From Hypanus sabinus (taxonomy: Eukaryota), in contig NW_026779784.1 in NCBI RefSeq assembly GCF_030144855.1, positions 372,001 to 436,000 on the forward strand: a stretch of DNA of 64,000 nucleotides, read 5' to 3'. A program made the translations under genes and the position numbers. The notes below the pieces were generated by a model. It was not told the DNA's origin. It saw nothing but the letters and a program-made list of their open reading frames with translations, and made no database searches. Shown in pieces: positions 61,980 to 64,000 of the stretch. How positions within the stretch are numbered: position 1 is the first letter of the stretch; every line of letters begins with the position of its first letter.

Positions 61980-63430
61980 CGTCCTTGATCCCTTCTCCCA
62001 CCTGGTTCCATCTGCTCATTCCTCACTCATCTCGTTCAACCGTTGTCTAGCCTGTATCCAGCCACCTCAGTGATGTATATCAACCATCTTGTTCAACCTC
62101 TGTCCAGTCTGTATCCCACCCCCTCAATGATATATATCAACCATCTTGTTCAACCTCTGTCCAGTCTGTATCCCACCACCTCAATGATATGTATCAACCA
62201 TCTTGTTCAACCTATATCCCACCACATCATTCAGTCTTTCTTTTAACCTTTGTCTTCATCAATTCTGTTGCACTTTTAGCCTCGGAGTTAATACAGAATC
62301 GGTCATTATTACATGGATCTGTGAGAGGATCATCAGGTTCCAGTTCTGTCGGTGTGGTAGTATGAGTTTTTGAACTGTGAATGGCTGAGACACTGCAGCA
62401 CATTACTGGCAGCAAAGAGTAATGGGAGAGTAATAAGCCTGGGGTGGAGACTCCCAACAGTGTGGAACTGGCTTCAGCCCAGTTCCGTATTTCTGCAGAT
62501 GGGGCTGAATGGTCCTCCTTCCCCAATGAATCAGAAGTGGTGACTGGGTGTCTGGAAATTTGTTGCAGGAAAATTCCTGATTAGACTACTCCATGTGAGA
62601 CGTGGGGGGAGTGTGTGAGGATTCCAGGGTAGGTAAGTAGCAGGTACAGCTCTGTGACCCTGTGATGGTTGGCCTGGAATGTCACCCAGTAATGAACCCG
62701 CAGGTGACATTACCTGTATTTATGAGCGGTTGAGTAGGTGTTTCTGATCTGGGTTCCGATGTCTGGTGATCGAGTTCATTTGGAAACAATCACTGCTAAT
62801 CTGAGGAGAGAATGAGTTCCCATTCCATCCGTCATAGGATGAAGCTGTGATTAAATGGGCTGTTCCATCTTTGCACCAGGAAAAATGGTTCAGATGGTGT
62901 TTGGAAATCCACCCTCAGTCTCAAGTCTCTGTCAGATAGTGAAAATCAAACAGAAGCTTCAGATGCTGCAGATCTGCACCAAAACCTGAAAATATTTGAA
63001 GACTTTGTAACGAAAGTTGTGAACGTGAATCATCAAATTTGTTCCTTTCCCCACAGCTGTTCCTTACCTGTTGAGTGTTTCTGGTAATTCCAGTTTCTCT
63101 TTATTACATTCACCCTGGAATAGCTTAAATTTCCAGAAAAGATTGCTAATCACCTTCAGGGTTACAGGAGGAAGGCAGGAACATGCTGTTGGAATAAAAT
63201 CAGCCATGGTTGAATAGTGGAGTAGACTTGATGGACTGAATCACCTAATTCTATTCCTGCGTCTTCAGTCTTACCATAACTGAACGATGACTCCTTCCTA
63301 TCCCATGTAAGGGTTTGTGACATGTGACGGACAATTATAGATTTCTTCACTCAGATCATTATATTTGTCTTTAATAATTAAATTTCAGTGAGCTTATGTT
63401 TTTTGGTACATTGAGCAGAAATGTTCCCCT
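61980..63430. repeat. Right arm of the inverted segmental duplication (partner 1-2090)
   Basis: See the left arm. Confidence 0.8.
62060..62225 (+). repeat. 57-bp minisatellite x~3
   Basis: caaccatcttgttcaacct recurs at 62081, 62138 and 62195. Confidence 0.85.
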
Positions 63431-63473
63431 TTGCATTGTTAATGTGTTTCATTGTCTTTCTGTTTAAAGTTAG

Positions 63474-63638
63474 ACCTGTGTTGAGAGATTTATTGGAAGA
63501 AAAGCCCACATCTGGAAGCAAACCACGACTGTAGACGAGGGAACAGCAGCAAGTGAACCTGCCCAAGGACTGAGAGCATCAACTGGACAGAACCCATCTG
63601 ACTCAGAGTTAACATTCATTCAGTCAGGAGAAAGTTTG
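63474..63638 (+). CDS. Candidate 165-nt internal coding exon (phase 0-0) of an unidentified gene
   Basis: Pyrimidine-rich acceptor ..gttag|ACC; open frame TCVERFIGRKAHIWKQTTTVDEGTAASEPAQGLRASTGQNPSDSELTFIQSGESL; donor |GTGAGT. Confidence 0.35.
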
Positions 63639-64000
63639 GTGAGTCTCATTTACTCAGACATTGGTCCTGTCCCCATTACATACCTGCACAAAGATAGGAA
63701 ATAGTTGGAGTGAGACAGAATGTGCCCAGAAGTATCAGTTGCCTCTGACAGATCCAGTTGCAATCACTCCAGATTTGGTAATGTGTTGTCAGCAGTCCAG
63801 CTCTACAAAGTCATTCACATTACCTCAGTGTTTGATCATTTGCAGATCTTGCATCTTCTGAAGTAGCTGCAGTGGGGGTTAGTTCTGAATGGGGAGAGGG
63901 AGACGGGAGTATTTATACTTAAGATCTTAAAAAAATGTAATTGTTTAAAATTATTTGCTGCAAACTCATTACCCATAACCTATACATTCTCAACCAAATT

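Overview
Repeat-dense vertebrate DNA, most likely from a cartilaginous fish (ray); this is inferred from the CR1, Rex1 and Penelope repeat mix and the effector-less '[10 protein letters not shown]' C2H2 arrays. There is no prokaryotic content and no CRISPR array. The window is a segmentally duplicated zinc-finger cluster: about 2.5-3 direct copies of a module made of a CRE-rich promoter, a decayed Gmr1-like (PR-IN-RT order) Gypsy element, its 5' LTR, a C2H2 ZNF gene on the minus strand, and an NRF1-type promoter. An inverted duplication at the two window ends brackets these copies. Two ZNF ORFs (12 fingers and 15 repeats) each run directly into the LTR of the Gmr1-like element. The intron of the second ZNF gene holds an apparently intact, very young Gypsy LTR retrotransposon (37334-44487) with 598-bp LTRs that look identical, a TAAA TSD and a PNMA-type Gag. 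Its gag and pol are fused in-frame although a complete -1 frameshift signal (GGGAAAC plus pseudoknot) is still present. Also present are solo LTRs, Penelope tails with hammerhead-ribozyme cores, tRNA SINEs, a mariner MITE and a 2.55-kb composite insertion with an 18-bp target duplication. All alignments were made by eye, so boundaries of decayed repeats are approximate.
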